Notes: a model not told the origin generated them from the sequence alone. A stretch of DNA of 64,000 nucleotides from Gammaproteobacteria bacterium (GCA_041488255.1 JBGPOV010000006.1:14096-78095), one strand, 5' to 3'; shown: positions 1-9,591, numbered from the stretch's first letter. Program-made: numbers and translations.

Positions 1-1128
1 ACGGTCGACATTGAGAAGCAACACGGCACCGGTGGCCTGCGCGCCGATCGCTTGGGAGAGCCTCTCGTGGAACTCGTGACGGTTCGGGAGATCTGTCAGG
101 GCGTCGTGGTAGGCCTGATGCATGAGCTTCTGCTCGGCCCGTTTGTGCTCGGTGATGTCGGAGAGATAAACGTGGAACAGGTCCTGGTCCGGTAACGGGT
201 GAATCTCGCACGACAGTTGGCGCCCGCAGGCCTCGTATTCGAAGCGGTCGATGTCGCGGCGCGAGTGCCTCAGCTCGTCCAAGCGCTCGACCAGATCGGC
301 GGGCAGCAGACGAGCGAAATCCGCGATGGAAGCCTCAGGATCCTCCAGCATCTGCCGCGCTCCGCGGTTGGCATACAGCGGTGTGCCCTCGCTCGACACG
401 CTCAGTATCGGATGTGGATTGCGCTCCGGGAACAGGGCAAGCTGCCTGCGTTTGGTGGATTCGCCGACATAGGCACGCAAGGAATAGCCGGTGAGGACCA
501 GCAGGATGAGGGTGGCCACGCTGAACGCCACCACCATGCTGACGATGGTGGCCACTTCCTCCTGCACGATTCTGCCCCGCTTGTCGACATCGCCGCTGAC
601 GACCGCCAACACCTTGTCCACGCCCGCGTTGATCTCCGCGGCGTGATGGTTGATCGCCGCCAGCAATCCCTGGGCTTTGCGCGGATCCGCGGGCGTGCGG
701 CCGAGCGTGGCATCCAGCTCTGCGGCGAGCCGGTTCAACTCCCGGTAGTGACCTTTGACCTCAGCTATCCGCTCCGGACTGACACCGCTGCGCTCGAGTT
801 GCACGAGGCCCTTCTCGATTCTGCGGGCGTTCGCGCCGTGGCTGGCCCGGAATCGCGCCCTGTCCCCAGTCGCGTAGTAGTCATACAGAATGGGCTCCTC
901 GCTGACCACCGCAAGCTTGAGGTCGAACAGGGTCTCGACGCTGGGTAGGTCATGATCCACGAATCCTGTCGTGGTGAGGTTTACCGAGCGACTGTGCAGA
1001 TAGGTGAAGATCGACAGCAGCAACGCCAGCCCCACGATCGCGGCAAAGACTACGACGACCTGGCTCCTCAAGCGGTCTGTACGTGGAGCGTGTCGCTGCG
1101 GAGCGACTGGTGGGTCGTAAAGCGCCAT
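1..1128 (-). CDS. sensor diguanylate cyclase (2 TM, periplasmic helical sensor, PAS-like, GGDEF), C-terminus cut by window edge
   Basis: Absent from the ORF track because it runs off the left edge. Reverse-strand translation from ATG (cat 1126-1128) gives MALYDPPVAPQRH..., then TM1 VVVVFAAIVGLALLLSIFTYL and TM2 IVSMVVAFSVATLILLVLTG. A PAS-like stretch follows (NPHPILSVSSEGTPLYANRGARQML...FHVYLSDITEHKRAEQKL). The GGDEF onset HQAYHDALTDLPNRHEFHERL lies at nt ~1-110. Confidence 0.8.
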   Translation of the reverse strand, partial: MALYDPPVAPQRHAPRTDRLRSQVVVVFAAIVGLALLLSIFTYLHSRSVNLTTTGFVDHDLPSVETLFDLKLAVVSEEPILYDYYATGDRARFRASHGANARRIEKGLVQLERSGVSPERIAEVKGHYRELNRLAAELDATLGRTPADPRKAQGLLAAINHHAAEINAGVDKVLAVVSGDVDKRGRIVQEEVATIVSMVVAFSVATLILLVLTGYSLRAYVGESTKRRQLALFPERNPHPILSVSSEGTPLYANRGARQMLEDPEASIADFARLLPADLVERLDELRHSRRDIDRFEYEACGRQLSCEIHPLPDQDLFHVYLSDITEHKRAEQKLMHQAYHDALTDLPNRHEFHERLSQAIGAQATGAVLLLNVDR

Positions 1129-1473
1129 GTCTTCGTTGACCGGGGTCTCGGATCAATGCCTTGCGTGGGCACTTGGAGCAAAGCAAGGCAAGTCCTGCGC
1201 CCGCTGCTTGGGACCGGCCCCCGGCAGTTCGCCGGCGAGTTTCGAAGCATGGGCGCGGTGCAACCACAGAACTTCCGTGCGCCGGCATCGCGGCGCTCGT
1301 GGGGTCAGGGCGTGTGGGCCCGTGATTGTGAGCCAAGAGCACAGTTTTCACTAGCCGCCCGGAGCGCGTACACTTTTCGTCACAAGCCAACCCGCGACGC
1401 TGCTGGACCGTCCGGATCCAGGAAGCGGGCGACGCTGCCGTCCGCCGGAAGCGGGACATCACGGAGGATCAAG

Positions 1474-2868
1474 TTGCGCACCGATCCGATAGAACACATC
1501 GTCGTGCTCATGTTGGAGAATCGCTCCTTCGATCAGATGCTGGGAAGTTTGCAAAGCATCTACCCGCAGCTCGAAGGCGTGGATGCTACGGCCGAAGCGA
1601 GGGTCAACCTCGGAGGTGACCCCACGCGCACTGTGGCGCAACGGCCCGTATTAAGCCGCGTGACCAAGCTCGATCCGATGCACGAGACGCCGAATGTGCT
1701 GCGTCAGATCACCGATGGGTGCAGCGGCTTCATCGCGGATTTCCTGCAGGCGTACCCGCAGGCCACCGATCAACAGCTGCAGGACGTCATGGGTTACTAC
1801 CCGGCAGGCCCCGGTTCGCTGACGGTGCTGCATGCGCTCGCCCGGTCGTTTACGGTGTGCGATCACTGGTTTTGCTCGGTTCCGGGCCCAACCTGGACCA
1901 ATCGGCTGTTCCTGCACACCGGCACGTCGCTGGGGCGCGTGAAAATGCCCGGCGACTCCTTGGATCTCAACCTGCACTGCTACGACCAGCCGACCATCTT
2001 CCAGCTGCTCCATACCGCGGGGCGGTCGTGGAAGATCTACCACCATGGACTGCCCCAGAGTCTGGTCCTCACCCGGCAATGGGACTACCTCGACCACTAC
2101 CGCGACGTGGACCAGTTTTACGTGGATGCCGCCGGGCCGGCGCAGGAATTTCCCGGCTACGTCTTCATCGAACCCGACTACTGCGGCCCGGACCAGAACG
2201 ACCAGCACCCGCCGTCCGACGTGATGAACGGCGAGGCCTTGATCGCCCGCGTCTACAACGCGCTCAGAGGCAATGAAGCCTTGTGGCGCACTAGCCTGTT
2301 GGTCATTTTGTACGATGAACACGGCGGGTTTTACGACCACGTCGCTCCGCCCGCGGCGGTGCGACCGGACGATCACACCGAGGAGTTCACCTTCGATCGG
2401 CTCGGCGTCCGGGTCCCGGCTCTGCTGATCTCGCCCTGGGTGGCACCGGGCGTCGTGGCCAACGTCTTCGATCACACTAGCCTGCTGAGATACCTATCGG
2501 ACAAATGGGGTCTCGCGCTGTTGGGGAACCGAACCGCCCAGGCGAATTCCTTCGCAGATGCGCTTCTCGCGCTGGACGCCGCACGCACGGACGCTCCCCC
2601 TTCGGTGCCCGTTCCCGCCGTCACGCGAAGCGAATCCTCGCAATTCGTCCTGGATGCGAACGGCAGAGCGCTGGTGGGCTACGGCCAACGCCTCCAAACA
2701 CAACCATACGGCCGTGACAGTCTCACCGTGCCAATCTCCACTCCTTTGGGCCGACAGGACGCGGCGGCGATCGAAGCGGCAAAGGCAGGATTCGCACGGG
2801 CCATCCGAACCGGGCAAGCCAGTTGGTCTAGACAGGAGCCTGCAGGCGGACGGTTCGGGCGCGCGTAG
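1474..2868 (+). CDS. phosphoesterase family protein (phospholipase C / AcpA acid phosphatase family)
   Basis: Frame of ORF 952..2868. Family hallmarks: IEHIVVLMLENRSFDQMLG, PGPTWTNRLFLHTGTS, NDQHPPSDV, ILYDEHGGFYDHVAPP. TTG at 1474 sits 6 nt after GGAGGA, and the upstream 174 codons are Arg/Gly-rich and look non-coding. No signal peptide is seen. Confidence 0.8.
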   Translation: MRTDPIEHIVVLMLENRSFDQMLGSLQSIYPQLEGVDATAEARVNLGGDPTRTVAQRPVLSRVTKLDPMHETPNVLRQITDGCSGFIADFLQAYPQATDQQLQDVMGYYPAGPGSLTVLHALARSFTVCDHWFCSVPGPTWTNRLFLHTGTSLGRVKMPGDSLDLNLHCYDQPTIFQLLHTAGRSWKIYHHGLPQSLVLTRQWDYLDHYRDVDQFYVDAAGPAQEFPGYVFIEPDYCGPDQNDQHPPSDVMNGEALIARVYNALRGNEALWRTSLLVILYDEHGGFYDHVAPPAAVRPDDHTEEFTFDRLGVRVPALLISPWVAPGVVANVFDHTSLLRYLSDKWGLALLGNRTAQANSFADALLALDAARTDAPPSVPVPAVTRSESSQFVLDANGRALVGYGQRLQTQPYGRDSLTVPISTPLGRQDAAAIEAAKAGFARAIRTGQASWSRQEPAGGRFGRA

Positions 2869-2915
2869 GTTCCTGTAGGCCCGGATGCAGCGCACGCGGA
2901 ATCCGGGTACGAGAG

Positions 2916-5018
2916 CTAGGCCACCGCGTAGACGACCGCATCCACCGCGCGACACCCTTCGCCCCGACTCCCCACCAGCACGGGATTGACATCCACGGTG
3001 GTCACCGCGGCTTTGACATCGCCCATCATCCGACCCACGGCGACCGCGGCCGCGCAGAAGGCATCCACGTCCATCGGCGGCTCGCCGCGCACCCCACCAA
3101 GCAGCGGTGCGATGCGCAACCGTGAGAGCGCGCGGCGCACCCCCGCCACGTCGAAGGGCGGGAGCAGCAGCTCGACGTCGGGCATCGCCTCCACATACTT
3201 GCCGCCGTCGCCGGCCAGAATCACGGGGCCGAACACCGGATCGATGCGCGCGCCGATCATCATCTCGCGCCGACCCGCCAGCATCTTCTCCAGCAGGATG
3301 CCGTCGACGCGCGCGCCCTGCTCTTGCAGGCGGCGCTCGATGTCGACGAACGCGTCACGGACCTCTTGCTCCGTGCACAGATGCAAACGCACCAGTCCGA
3401 GTTCGGACTTATGCACCACGTCGGGCGAACAACCCTTCGCCACCACCGGCGCGCCTAGCGCGGCCAGAGCCTGTGCGGCTTCGTTTACAGTGCGGCACAG
3501 CCGGTGCTCGACGACGGGCACGCCGAATCGTTTCAGCAGGGCCAGGCTGTCCGCTTCATTCAATAGCCGCGCTTGGCCGGCGTCGCGGGCCAGGACCGTT
3601 TGCGTATTCGCCCCCGCATGCACTGCGGCCCGCATCAGCTCCAGGTGCGACAGGAACTGGTTCAGCGCCGCCACCGCTTCGCTCTCCGTAGCGAACACCG
3701 GTAGGCCTGCGTCCCTGAACCTGGCCGCAATGCTCGGCTGCGGCGCGGCCGCCACCAGCGGCTTGCCGGTCTGCGCCGCGACAGCCGCGGAGTCACGCGC
3801 GAACGCCTCCACATCGTAGCCCTGCCCCGCCACCGGGATGCCGATGAGGAAAGCGTCGGCCGCCGGATCGCGGGCGAGCACCGGGAGGATGTCGCTGAAC
3901 AAGCGGCTGTTGGAAAGCAGGGCGGCAGTGACGTCGACTGGATTGGTCGTGGTCGCAAAGCTCGGAAGGATTGCGGCGAGAGCCGAACGGGTTTCCTGGC
4001 TCAACTGCGCCATCGGCATCTCGGCCGCGCTCGCCGCATCAGCGGTCATCACGCACACGGCGCCGGAATTGCTGACGGCCACCAGTCGCCGCCCTCGCGG
4101 CTGCCAACCCTTCAGGTACAGGTCGGTGGCGTGGACCAGCTCGCCCACGTCCCGGGCCCGCCAGATACCCTGCTGCTCGAAGAACGCATCCACTACACGG
4201 TCCTCGTTCGCGAGCGCCCCGGTGTGCGAACGCGCCGCTTCCTGTCCGGCCCGAGTGCGCCCCGCCTTCAGCGCGACGATGGGAAGGCTCCGCGTATGCG
4301 CGATGCGCGCCATGTTTTCCAGCGCAGCGGCATCACTGATGCTTTCCAGGTACAGCAGCAGAAGCTTCAGGTCCGGTTCCTCGGCCACCACCGAGGCGAG
4401 CTCCGCTGCGGTCACGTCGCAGTCGTTGCCGGTGGCGTGGACGTGGCGCACGCCGATGCCGCGGCTGCGGAGCAATCCGTAAGGGACCACGCTCATGCCC
4501 CCGCTCTGGCTCACGATCGCCACCGGGCCGTCTTGGGGCGGAGCCTCGAGGAACATGGTGGAGAAGCTGAGCACCGCGCCGGAAGCGAAGTTGGCCAGGC
4601 CCTGCGAGTTGGGTCCGATCACACGCATGCCGCTAGCGCGCCCGAACTCGACCATGCGTTGCTGGTTGGCGCGTGCAGCCGGGTCGCTGGTCTCGCCGAA
4701 GCCGGAGGCCATGACGATGGCGACCTGCACACCGGCGCCAGCGCACTGCTCCACCGCTTCGACGGCGAGCTCGCCGGGCACGACGATGACGGCAACCTCC
4801 GGCGTCTCCGGCAGCGCCGCCAAGCTCGGATAGGCCTTGAAGCCCTGCACCTCGCCGCGCTTGGGATTGACGGGATAGACCTTGCCTTTGAAGCCGAAGC
4901 GCGACAGGTACGCGAGCGGACGGCCGCCGATCTTGTTCGGGTTCTCGGACGCGCCGATGACGGCGACGGACCTGGGAGCGAGGACTGTGCGCAAGCGCAC
5001 TCTCGCGGTCTCGCTCAT
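2916..5018 (-). CDS. acetate--CoA ligase family protein (ADP/NDP-forming acyl-CoA synthetase, CoA-binding + ATP-grasp)
   Basis: 700 aa. N-terminal CoA-binding motif PRSVAVIGASENPNKIGGRPL, succinyl-CoA-synthetase-like middle and C-terminal ATP-grasp (LNEADSLALLKRFGVPVVEH). The ATG overlaps the upstream stop (ATGA at 5015-5018). Confidence 0.85.
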   Translation of the reverse strand: MSETARVRLRTVLAPRSVAVIGASENPNKIGGRPLAYLSRFGFKGKVYPVNPKRGEVQGFKAYPSLAALPETPEVAVIVVPGELAVEAVEQCAGAGVQVAIVMASGFGETSDPAARANQQRMVEFGRASGMRVIGPNSQGLANFASGAVLSFSTMFLEAPPQDGPVAIVSQSGGMSVVPYGLLRSRGIGVRHVHATGNDCDVTAAELASVVAEEPDLKLLLLYLESISDAAALENMARIAHTRSLPIVALKAGRTRAGQEAARSHTGALANEDRVVDAFFEQQGIWRARDVGELVHATDLYLKGWQPRGRRLVAVSNSGAVCVMTADAASAAEMPMAQLSQETRSALAAILPSFATTTNPVDVTAALLSNSRLFSDILPVLARDPAADAFLIGIPVAGQGYDVEAFARDSAAVAAQTGKPLVAAAPQPSIAARFRDAGLPVFATESEAVAALNQFLSHLELMRAAVHAGANTQTVLARDAGQARLLNEADSLALLKRFGVPVVEHRLCRTVNEAAQALAALGAPVVAKGCSPDVVHKSELGLVRLHLCTEQEVRDAFVDIERRLQEQGARVDGILLEKMLAGRREMMIGARIDPVFGPVILAGDGGKYVEAMPDVELLLPPFDVAGVRRALSRLRIAPLLGGVRGEPPMDVDAFCAAAVAVGRMMGDVKAAVTTVDVNPVLVGSRGEGCRAVDAVVYAVA

Positions 5019-5377
5019 GCCGGTTCGAAGTACGGGATGAGTTTGCCCGCAAACGAGACGAAGCGGCAGCGCACGCGCTCCCCGATGCGAAGCCGGGGAG
5101 CCCCGTGCGCCATCAGGCGGAAGCCCTCGTCTGCGTCCACCAGGACGATCAGATACGGGGCGTGGGCGCGCAACTCTTCGCTCGGGGCCCGGGTCACCAG
5201 CGTGGCCGCGTGCACAGTACCCAGGCCCGTGGCTTGCCGGTCAACCGGCGGCACCGACCCGCAGCGCGGACAGAAGCCACGGCGGAAATACCACCGATGG
5301 CCGCAGGCCGAACAGCTCTGGAACGCGATGCCCTCGCCGCCCGTGATCCAGTCCAGCGCCGCCGATGCCTGGGTCAT
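5015..5377 (-). CDS. Zn-ribbon/OB-fold protein (DUF35 family), thiolase partner
   Basis: Internal ATG at 5377 (cat 5375-5377) gives a 120-aa protein, MTQASAALDWITGG.... It carries a rubredoxin-like CSACGHRWYFRRGFCPRCGS motif and an OB-fold tail. It overlaps the thiolase stop (ATGA) and the downstream start. Confidence 0.8.
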   Translation of the reverse strand: MTQASAALDWITGGEGIAFQSCSACGHRWYFRRGFCPRCGSVPPVDRQATGLGTVHAATLVTRAPSEELRAHAPYLIVLVDADEGFRLMAHGAPRLRIGERVRCRFVSFAGKLIPYFEPA

Positions 5378-6507
5378 CGCGCTTCCATCACCAGGCTGAC
5401 GTGAGACGACAGAACGCCGCCGTCGCCGTGCAGCAGCGCAAGCGATGCGTCCTTCACCTGGCGCGCTCCCGCGCGGCCGGTCATCTGATGATGCGTCTCT
5501 ACCAGGTGCGCCATCGCGCCGCCGCAGCCGCAGTGCCCGTAGGACAGCAGGCCGCCGTGGGTGTTGAGCGGCAGCCGCCCGTCGCGGTTGAAATAGCCCG
5601 CGCGCGCGGTCTTGCCCGCCTGCCCTCGCGCCGCGAGACCGATCTCCTCCAGCAGGATGGTAAGGGTGATGGTGAAGCTGTCGTAGATGGCGGCGTAGCA
5701 CACGTCGGAGAGCGTGATCCCGGCGCTCTCGCGCGCCCGCTCGACGCTGGCCTTCGCACCGAATTCGGTCAGACTGGGTGCGCCGGTCACGTACTGGTGG
5801 GTATGCGCCTGCCCGGCTCCCAGGATGCGCACGCGGAAGCCGCTGGTCGGCTCACGGCCCACGACGAATGCAACGCCGCCGTCGGACACCGGGCAGCAGT
5901 CGAGCAGCTTGAGCGGGGACGCGATCGGCTTGGACGCAAGCACGTCCTGCGCTGTGATCGACTCGCGGAACTGGGCGCCCGGGTGGGTCACCGCGTTGCG
6001 GCGCATCAGCACCGCCAGCTCCGCCAGGTCCGCCTCGGTGGTCCCGTGCTCGTGCATGTAACGCGAGGCCACCAGCGCATAGTAGGCCGGAATGGTCGCG
6101 CCCAGCGGGACCTCGTACTCGGCATGGCCGACCTGCGCCAGCGTTTGCACGGCCGCGTCGCGGCTCTGGGCGGTGAGGCGGTTTTCGCCTGCCACCACCA
6201 GAACGTTGCGCGCCGCGCCCGCTTCCACCAGGTTGTGCGCCAGCATCGCCATGGCGAACCCGGTGGCGCCCCCCACCAGCATGGCATGGGCGTAAGTCGG
6301 GCTGAGCCCGAAGTGCTCGACGAACGTGGTCGAGAGCATTAGATGCGGGAAGGTCGTGGAGTACCCGCACAGCAAGCCGTCGACGTCGGCGCGCTCGAGT
6401 TGGGCATCGGCCAACGCCGCGGCCGCCGCTTCGCTCATGAGGTCGAGCGTCGTGCGACCCGGAAGCTTGCCGAACGGCGTCAGGCCGACACCGGTGACGT
6501 AGCTCAT
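5374..6507 (-). CDS. thiolase-like protein (SCP-x / nonspecific lipid-transfer type)
   Basis: ATG at 6507 gives 377 aa, MSYVTGVGLTPFGKLPG.... It has thiolase-like N and C halves (LLDCCPVSDGGVAFVV; NTHGGLLSYGHCGCGGAMAHLVE). The rest of the 618-aa track ORF is an upstream read-through into the neighbouring gene. Confidence 0.85.
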   Translation of the reverse strand: MSYVTGVGLTPFGKLPGRTTLDLMSEAAAAALADAQLERADVDGLLCGYSTTFPHLMLSTTFVEHFGLSPTYAHAMLVGGATGFAMAMLAHNLVEAGAARNVLVVAGENRLTAQSRDAAVQTLAQVGHAEYEVPLGATIPAYYALVASRYMHEHGTTEADLAELAVLMRRNAVTHPGAQFRESITAQDVLASKPIASPLKLLDCCPVSDGGVAFVVGREPTSGFRVRILGAGQAHTHQYVTGAPSLTEFGAKASVERARESAGITLSDVCYAAIYDSFTITLTILLEEIGLAARGQAGKTARAGYFNRDGRLPLNTHGGLLSYGHCGCGGAMAHLVETHHQMTGRAGARQVKDASLALLHGDGGVLSSHVSLVMEAR

Positions 6508-6509
6508 GC

Positions 6510-7565
6510 TCAGACGGTGGCCACGGGGGTGGCGGGCGAGCCCACGGCGCCGGGCAGACGCAGGGGCGGCGCGGTGAGCAGAAAGCGGTAGCGCCCGTGG
6601 CTGCGCAGCCAGCTGGCGAGCTCGGTCAAGTACCAGATCTCCCCCAGGTTCACCCCGAGCTTGAACAGGCAGTGCTCGTGCAGCGGCAGCATGGCGCAGC
6701 GGCCCGGATGAGGCACGGCGGGATGCGCTTCCACCGCGTAGTTGTCGGCGATCAATGCCACCAGCCCGCTGTCGGTGACCCACTGGAGCAGCCTCTGGTC
6801 GCGACCGTCCAGCGCGGCACACGAGTTCTCCAGGGTATGCGCGTCGGGCTGCCGGTTCATCTCCAGGAGCAGCTGCGAGAAGCCGGTGTGCAGGCAGACC
6901 ATGTCGCCCGCCTCCACCGCCACTCTGTCTGCAGCCAGAATCCGCATGAGCTGGTCGTAGCCGACTGCCACGCGCTCGCGGCCCACGTGAGCATGGAGGT
7001 CGATCATCACCCCCCGCCCCTGCACGCACTTGGCCGCCATGTTCTCGATCCCCAACGCGCCCGCGCGGGATGTGGATTTCGCCGGCACCGTGTCGATGCC
7101 GCCCGCGTCCGACACCGAGCTCGGGCCGACGATATCGACTCCCGGTCGATACCCGTTGTAGAACACCGGCTCGGCCGTGCCGTCGCCATCGGCATCGAAC
7201 AGCTGCCCGACGTGCGCCAAGCTGTCCCACTGCGTGGAGTACTGCAGATGCAGGATCGCCACGTCGTCGTTGATTACGTCGGTCGCATCCGGGTTATCGT
7301 TGCGAACCTGGTAGATGAAGTTCGGCCGCCCGCCGCGGATGGTCGGGCGCAGGACGGGCGGATACCTGCGCGGGTTGAGCACGTTGCCCCCGGGGTAATC
7401 GAGCGGCAGGCTGAGGCAGAAGCTGCGCCCCTCTCTCACTTCGGCCACCGCCTGCTTCACTTTCTCGGGGGTGAGCAGATTGAGACGACCGAGCTGGTCG
7501 TCAGGTCCCCAGTCCCCCCACGTAGAGCCTTCCGGACGGCGTTTCCAACGCGGTGATGTGCTCAT
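6510..7565 (-). CDS. cyclase family protein (PF04199-like, variant metal motif)
   Basis: 351 aa, WGPDDQLGRLNLLTPEKV...GRSFCLSLPLD. The stretch LHLQYSTQWDSLAHVG occupies the position of the HxGTHxDxPxH motif. It is the first gene of a four-gene minus-strand operon with 2-nt and overlapping junctions. Confidence 0.7.
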   Translation of the reverse strand: MSTSPRWKRRPEGSTWGDWGPDDQLGRLNLLTPEKVKQAVAEVREGRSFCLSLPLDYPGGNVLNPRRYPPVLRPTIRGGRPNFIYQVRNDNPDATDVINDDVAILHLQYSTQWDSLAHVGQLFDADGDGTAEPVFYNGYRPGVDIVGPSSVSDAGGIDTVPAKSTSRAGALGIENMAAKCVQGRGVMIDLHAHVGRERVAVGYDQLMRILAADRVAVEAGDMVCLHTGFSQLLLEMNRQPDAHTLENSCAALDGRDQRLLQWVTDSGLVALIADNYAVEAHPAVPHPGRCAMLPLHEHCLFKLGVNLGEIWYLTELASWLRSHGRYRFLLTAPPLRLPGAVGSPATPVATV

Positions 7566-7732
7566 GCGGGCGTCCTGCGACCTGAGGGGGTTGTTTTCGC
7601 GCCATGGTGTGGGGGCCGTGTTACCTTGTCAAGGACGCGTTTTCTGTTGTGCAATATGAAACTGTTGCCAACACGCAGCGCGGCAAAAGTCGGCCTGACA
7701 TACACCGTCGGATAACGCAAGACGAGAAGAAA

Positions 7733-8938
7733 ATGGATCGAGACTTCCTCAGCCGACATGCCCATAGCCTCGCCGACATGCGACGGCTGGCGCAGCGGCG
7801 CCTGCCGCGCGTCGTGTTCGATTTCATCGACGGCGGCGCCGAGGACGAACTGGCACTGCGCCGCAACGAGGCGGCTTTGGCGCAGACCCTATTGTTGCCG
7901 CGCCCGCTGCAAGGCACCTCAGCGCGGGATCAATCGGTCGAGCTGTTCGGACAACGGCTGAACGGACCCGTGCTGGTGGGACCTACCGGGCTTGCCGGAC
8001 TGCTCTACCCGCGGGCCGAAGTGGCCTCCGCGCGCGCCGCGGTCGCGGCCGGAACCGTTTATACGATGAGCCATGCCTCGACCGTGGCGATCGAGGACCT
8101 CGCGCGCGAGGTCAGCGGCAATCTCTGGATGCAGGTGTTCGTCTACCGGGATCGTGAGCTCACTCGCGCATTCACCGAGCGCGCGCATGCCAGCGGCTAC
8201 CGAGCGCTGGTCCTGACCATCGACAATCAGGTCCCCGGCTGGCGCGAGCGCGACATGCGCAACGGATTCACTGTCCCCCTGAGGTTGGGCCTGGGAAACA
8301 TCCTGGACATGGGCCTGCACGTGCGCTGGCTCTTACGGATGGCCCGAGGGCCCAGGTTCACCCTCGCTAACTACAGCCGGAAGGGTGACTCCGACATCAT
8401 GTCGCTGGCGGCGAAAATGGGCAGCCTGCTCGATCCGGGCGCAAGCTGGATAGACGTGGAGTGGCTGAGGCGGCTGTGGGATCGGCCGCTGCTGCTGAAG
8501 GGCATCCTGCACCCGGAAGACGCGCGCCGAGCCATCGCTCTGGGCGTCGACGGCATCATCGTATCGAACCACGGCGGGCGGCAGCTCGACGCCGCCCCCG
8601 CCTCGGTGGAGGCCCTGCCGGCCGTCGTGGATGCAGTCGCGGGGCGCGTGCCGGTGCTCCTGGATGGCGGAGTGCGTCGCGGCTCGGACGTGCTCAAGGC
8701 GCTGGCACTGGGCGCCAGTGGGTGCCTGATCGGCAGGCCCCAGCTCTGGGGTGTGGGCGTCGCCGGTGAAGCGGGGGTCGCCTGGGTGCTCCAGCTCTTG
8801 AGGAGCGAGATCGACCGGGTGATGGCAATGTGTGGCTGGGACCGCCTCGCCGACGTCGACCGGTCCGCCCTGTTCGCTCCGCCGCGGGGGCGCGGCGCGG
8901 AAGTATCGCCTACTGCGGCGGAAACTCCACGTGCCTGA
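7733..8938 (+). CDS. FMN-dependent alpha-hydroxy-acid dehydrogenase/oxidase (LldD / mandelate dehydrogenase family)
   Basis: In-frame ATG at 7733 gives 401 aa: MDRDF...LADMRRLAQRRLPRVVFDFIDGGAEDELALRRNEAAL, then ...IIVSNHGGRQLD...LDGGVRRGSDVLKALALGA. It is divergent from the cyclase/thiolase operon. Confidence 0.85.
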   Translation: MDRDFLSRHAHSLADMRRLAQRRLPRVVFDFIDGGAEDELALRRNEAALAQTLLLPRPLQGTSARDQSVELFGQRLNGPVLVGPTGLAGLLYPRAEVASARAAVAAGTVYTMSHASTVAIEDLAREVSGNLWMQVFVYRDRELTRAFTERAHASGYRALVLTIDNQVPGWRERDMRNGFTVPLRLGLGNILDMGLHVRWLLRMARGPRFTLANYSRKGDSDIMSLAAKMGSLLDPGASWIDVEWLRRLWDRPLLLKGILHPEDARRAIALGVDGIIVSNHGGRQLDAAPASVEALPAVVDAVAGRVPVLLDGGVRRGSDVLKALALGASGCLIGRPQLWGVGVAGEAGVAWVLQLLRSEIDRVMAMCGWDRLADVDRSALFAPPRGRGAEVSPTAAETPRA

Positions 8939-9195
8939 TGAAGACGGTCTTGCCGTCGTCGTTCTTGACCGCGTTGCACCGGATCACGTAGGGCCAGCTG
9001 GTAGACGGGCTGGGCGGGTAGCGCAGGCGGCGCGCTTCCCGCCGCTGCAGGATGCGACGCAGCGGGTCCGCGCCGGCGGCCGGGCCTCCGGCTTCCTCCT
9101 CGACGCCGACAGGGACAGATCCGCGCTGGCCGGGCGCAAGCCCGGCCGCGCTGAGCGGCCGCCGGGCGTCGCGCCGGCAGCCGGATGCAAGACGA

Positions 9196-9591
9196 TTACT
9201 TCAGGTGCGCATTGACCAGCTTGGTCATCTCGAACATGGACACCTGCCTCTTGCCGCCGAAGACAGCCTTCAGCTTCTCGTCGGCATTGATCATCCGCTT
9301 GTTGATGGCGTCCTGCAGCTTGTTCTTCTTGATGTAGTCCCAGATCTTCTTGGTGACCTCGGTCCGGGGTATCGCCTTCTCGCCGACGACTGCGGCCAGC
9401 ATGGCGGTTGGGGTCATCGCCTTCATGAACGCTGCGTTTGGCTTGCGCTTCGCGCCGCTTTTCTTCTTGGGCGCAGCCTTCTTCGCTGCCGGCTTCTTGG
9501 CCGGGGCTTTCTTCGCCGGCTTCTTGGCGGGCCTCTTCGCCGCCGATTTCTTCGCCGGAGCCTTCTTCGCTGCGGTCTTCTTCATGGCCAT
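9196..9591 (-). CDS. SWIB/MDM2 domain protein with histone-H1-like Lys/Ala/Pro-rich N-terminal tail
   Basis: ATG at 9591 is preceded by GGAGGTATAAGCAC. The 131-aa protein has a tail MAMKKTAAKKAPAKKSAAKRPAKKPAKKAPAKKPAAKKAAPKKK. The SWIB fold follows: MTPTAMLAAVVGEKAIPRTEVTKKIWDYIKKNKLQD...MFEMTKLVNAHLK. Confidence 0.8.
   Translation of the reverse strand: MAMKKTAAKKAPAKKSAAKRPAKKPAKKAPAKKPAAKKAAPKKKSGAKRKPNAAFMKAMTPTAMLAAVVGEKAIPRTEVTKKIWDYIKKNKLQDAINKRMINADEKLKAVFGGKRQVSMFEMTKLVNAHLK

Noticed and set aside
952-1473. N-terminal 174 codons of track ORF 952-2868. Similar upstream extensions occur in ORFs 33256-34896 (tyrS), 51236-53128 (murA), 5374-7230 (thiolase), 43628-44368 (hisI) and 56748-57878 (mlaF).
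   Set aside because: The extensions are low-complexity Arg/Gly-rich read-through into neighbouring genes or spacers. The conserved domains begin at internal starts with plausible SDs or stop/start coupling.
8910-9200. Open minus-strand frame ending ...SWPYVIRCNAVKNDDGKTVFIRHVEFPPQ*, convergent with and overlapping the dehydrogenase 3' end.
   Set aside because: The C-terminal 30 residues look protein-like. However, the frame has no ATG, TTG or usable GTG start before the last 24 codons and its upstream half is Arg/Ala/Gly-rich. It may be a gene remnant, but I cannot support a CDS.
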